Of a stretch of 64,000 nt of DNA, positions 63,888-64,000 are shown piece after piece. The number at the start of each line of letters is the position of its first letter. The stretch's first letter is position 1. The notes under the pieces are model-generated. The model saw only the letters and a program-made list of their open reading frames with translations. It did not search any database and had not been told where the DNA came from. The position numbers and the translations under genes are program-made. Origin of the DNA: Escherichia phage vB_Eco_F27; the sequence record OP870146.1. One strand, given 5' to 3'.

Positions 63888-63903
63888 AGGGCCTTCGGGC
63901 CCT
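63888..63903 (+). promoter_or_regulatory. UUCG hairpin after wac
   Basis: AGGGCC-UUCG-GGCCCU lies 6 nt after the wac stop. No U tract follows, so it may act as a stabiliser or weak terminator. Confidence 0.45.
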
Positions 63904-63905
63904 AA

Positions 63906-64000
<95 letters not shown>

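Overview
The window is a contiguous piece of a T-even (T4-like, Tequatrovirus-type) phage genome. It is co-linear with the T4 map from gene 43 (DNA polymerase, cut by the left edge) to the start of gene 13.

Layout:
- 1-48.2 kb is transcribed on the minus strand. It holds early and middle genes: replication (43, regA, 62, 44, 45), recombination (46, 47), late sigma factor gp55, anaerobic RNR (nrdG/nrdD), endo VII, nrdC, rI, tk, regB, lysozyme e, nudE, 57A/57B and genes 1, 3, 2, 4.
- 48.2-64 kb is transcribed on the plus strand. It holds the late baseplate and fibre genes: 53, 5, 5.1, 5.4, 6-12, wac, and the start of 13.

Identifications rest on hand comparison of the ORF translations with remembered T4 protein sequences, on gene order and on short motifs. 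No database search was possible.

Main observations:
1. nrdD is split by a ~1.04 kb group I intron carrying an I-TevII-like GIY-YIG homing endonuclease. Joining the exons gives 605 codons.
2. denV survives only as a 36-codon 3' remnant fused to an early-promoter cassette.
3. The alpha-glucosyltransferase gene is absent from its T4 position between genes 47 and 55.
4. Six proteins at three loci carry the T4 capsid-targeting leader (MKTYQEFIAE-like).
5. The hyperplastic island between nudE and the tRNA region (34.6-41.3 kb) looks the least described. It contains five genes ending in an (E/R)xF(I/V)xE(C/I)R tail (ENFIKECR in its cleanest form) placed against the next start codon, a tandem triplet of paralogs ending W-V-[SA]-S-x-x-C-stop, a PspA-like coiled-coil protein, and candidate nucleotidyltransferase and dioxygenase folds.
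6. More than 20 early-promoter stem-loop cassettes (PeSL-type) are present. Several pair the promoter spacer with the downstream Shine-Dalgarno sequence.
7. The tRNA set is reduced to two genes (Arg-UCU and a CAU-anticodon Ile2/Met type), followed by tRNA-like stable RNA sequence.
8. Likely anti-defence genes are 57B (Acb1), a vs.4-like Acb2 and a TARG1-like macro domain.

No CRISPR array, rRNA, integrase or transposase was seen.
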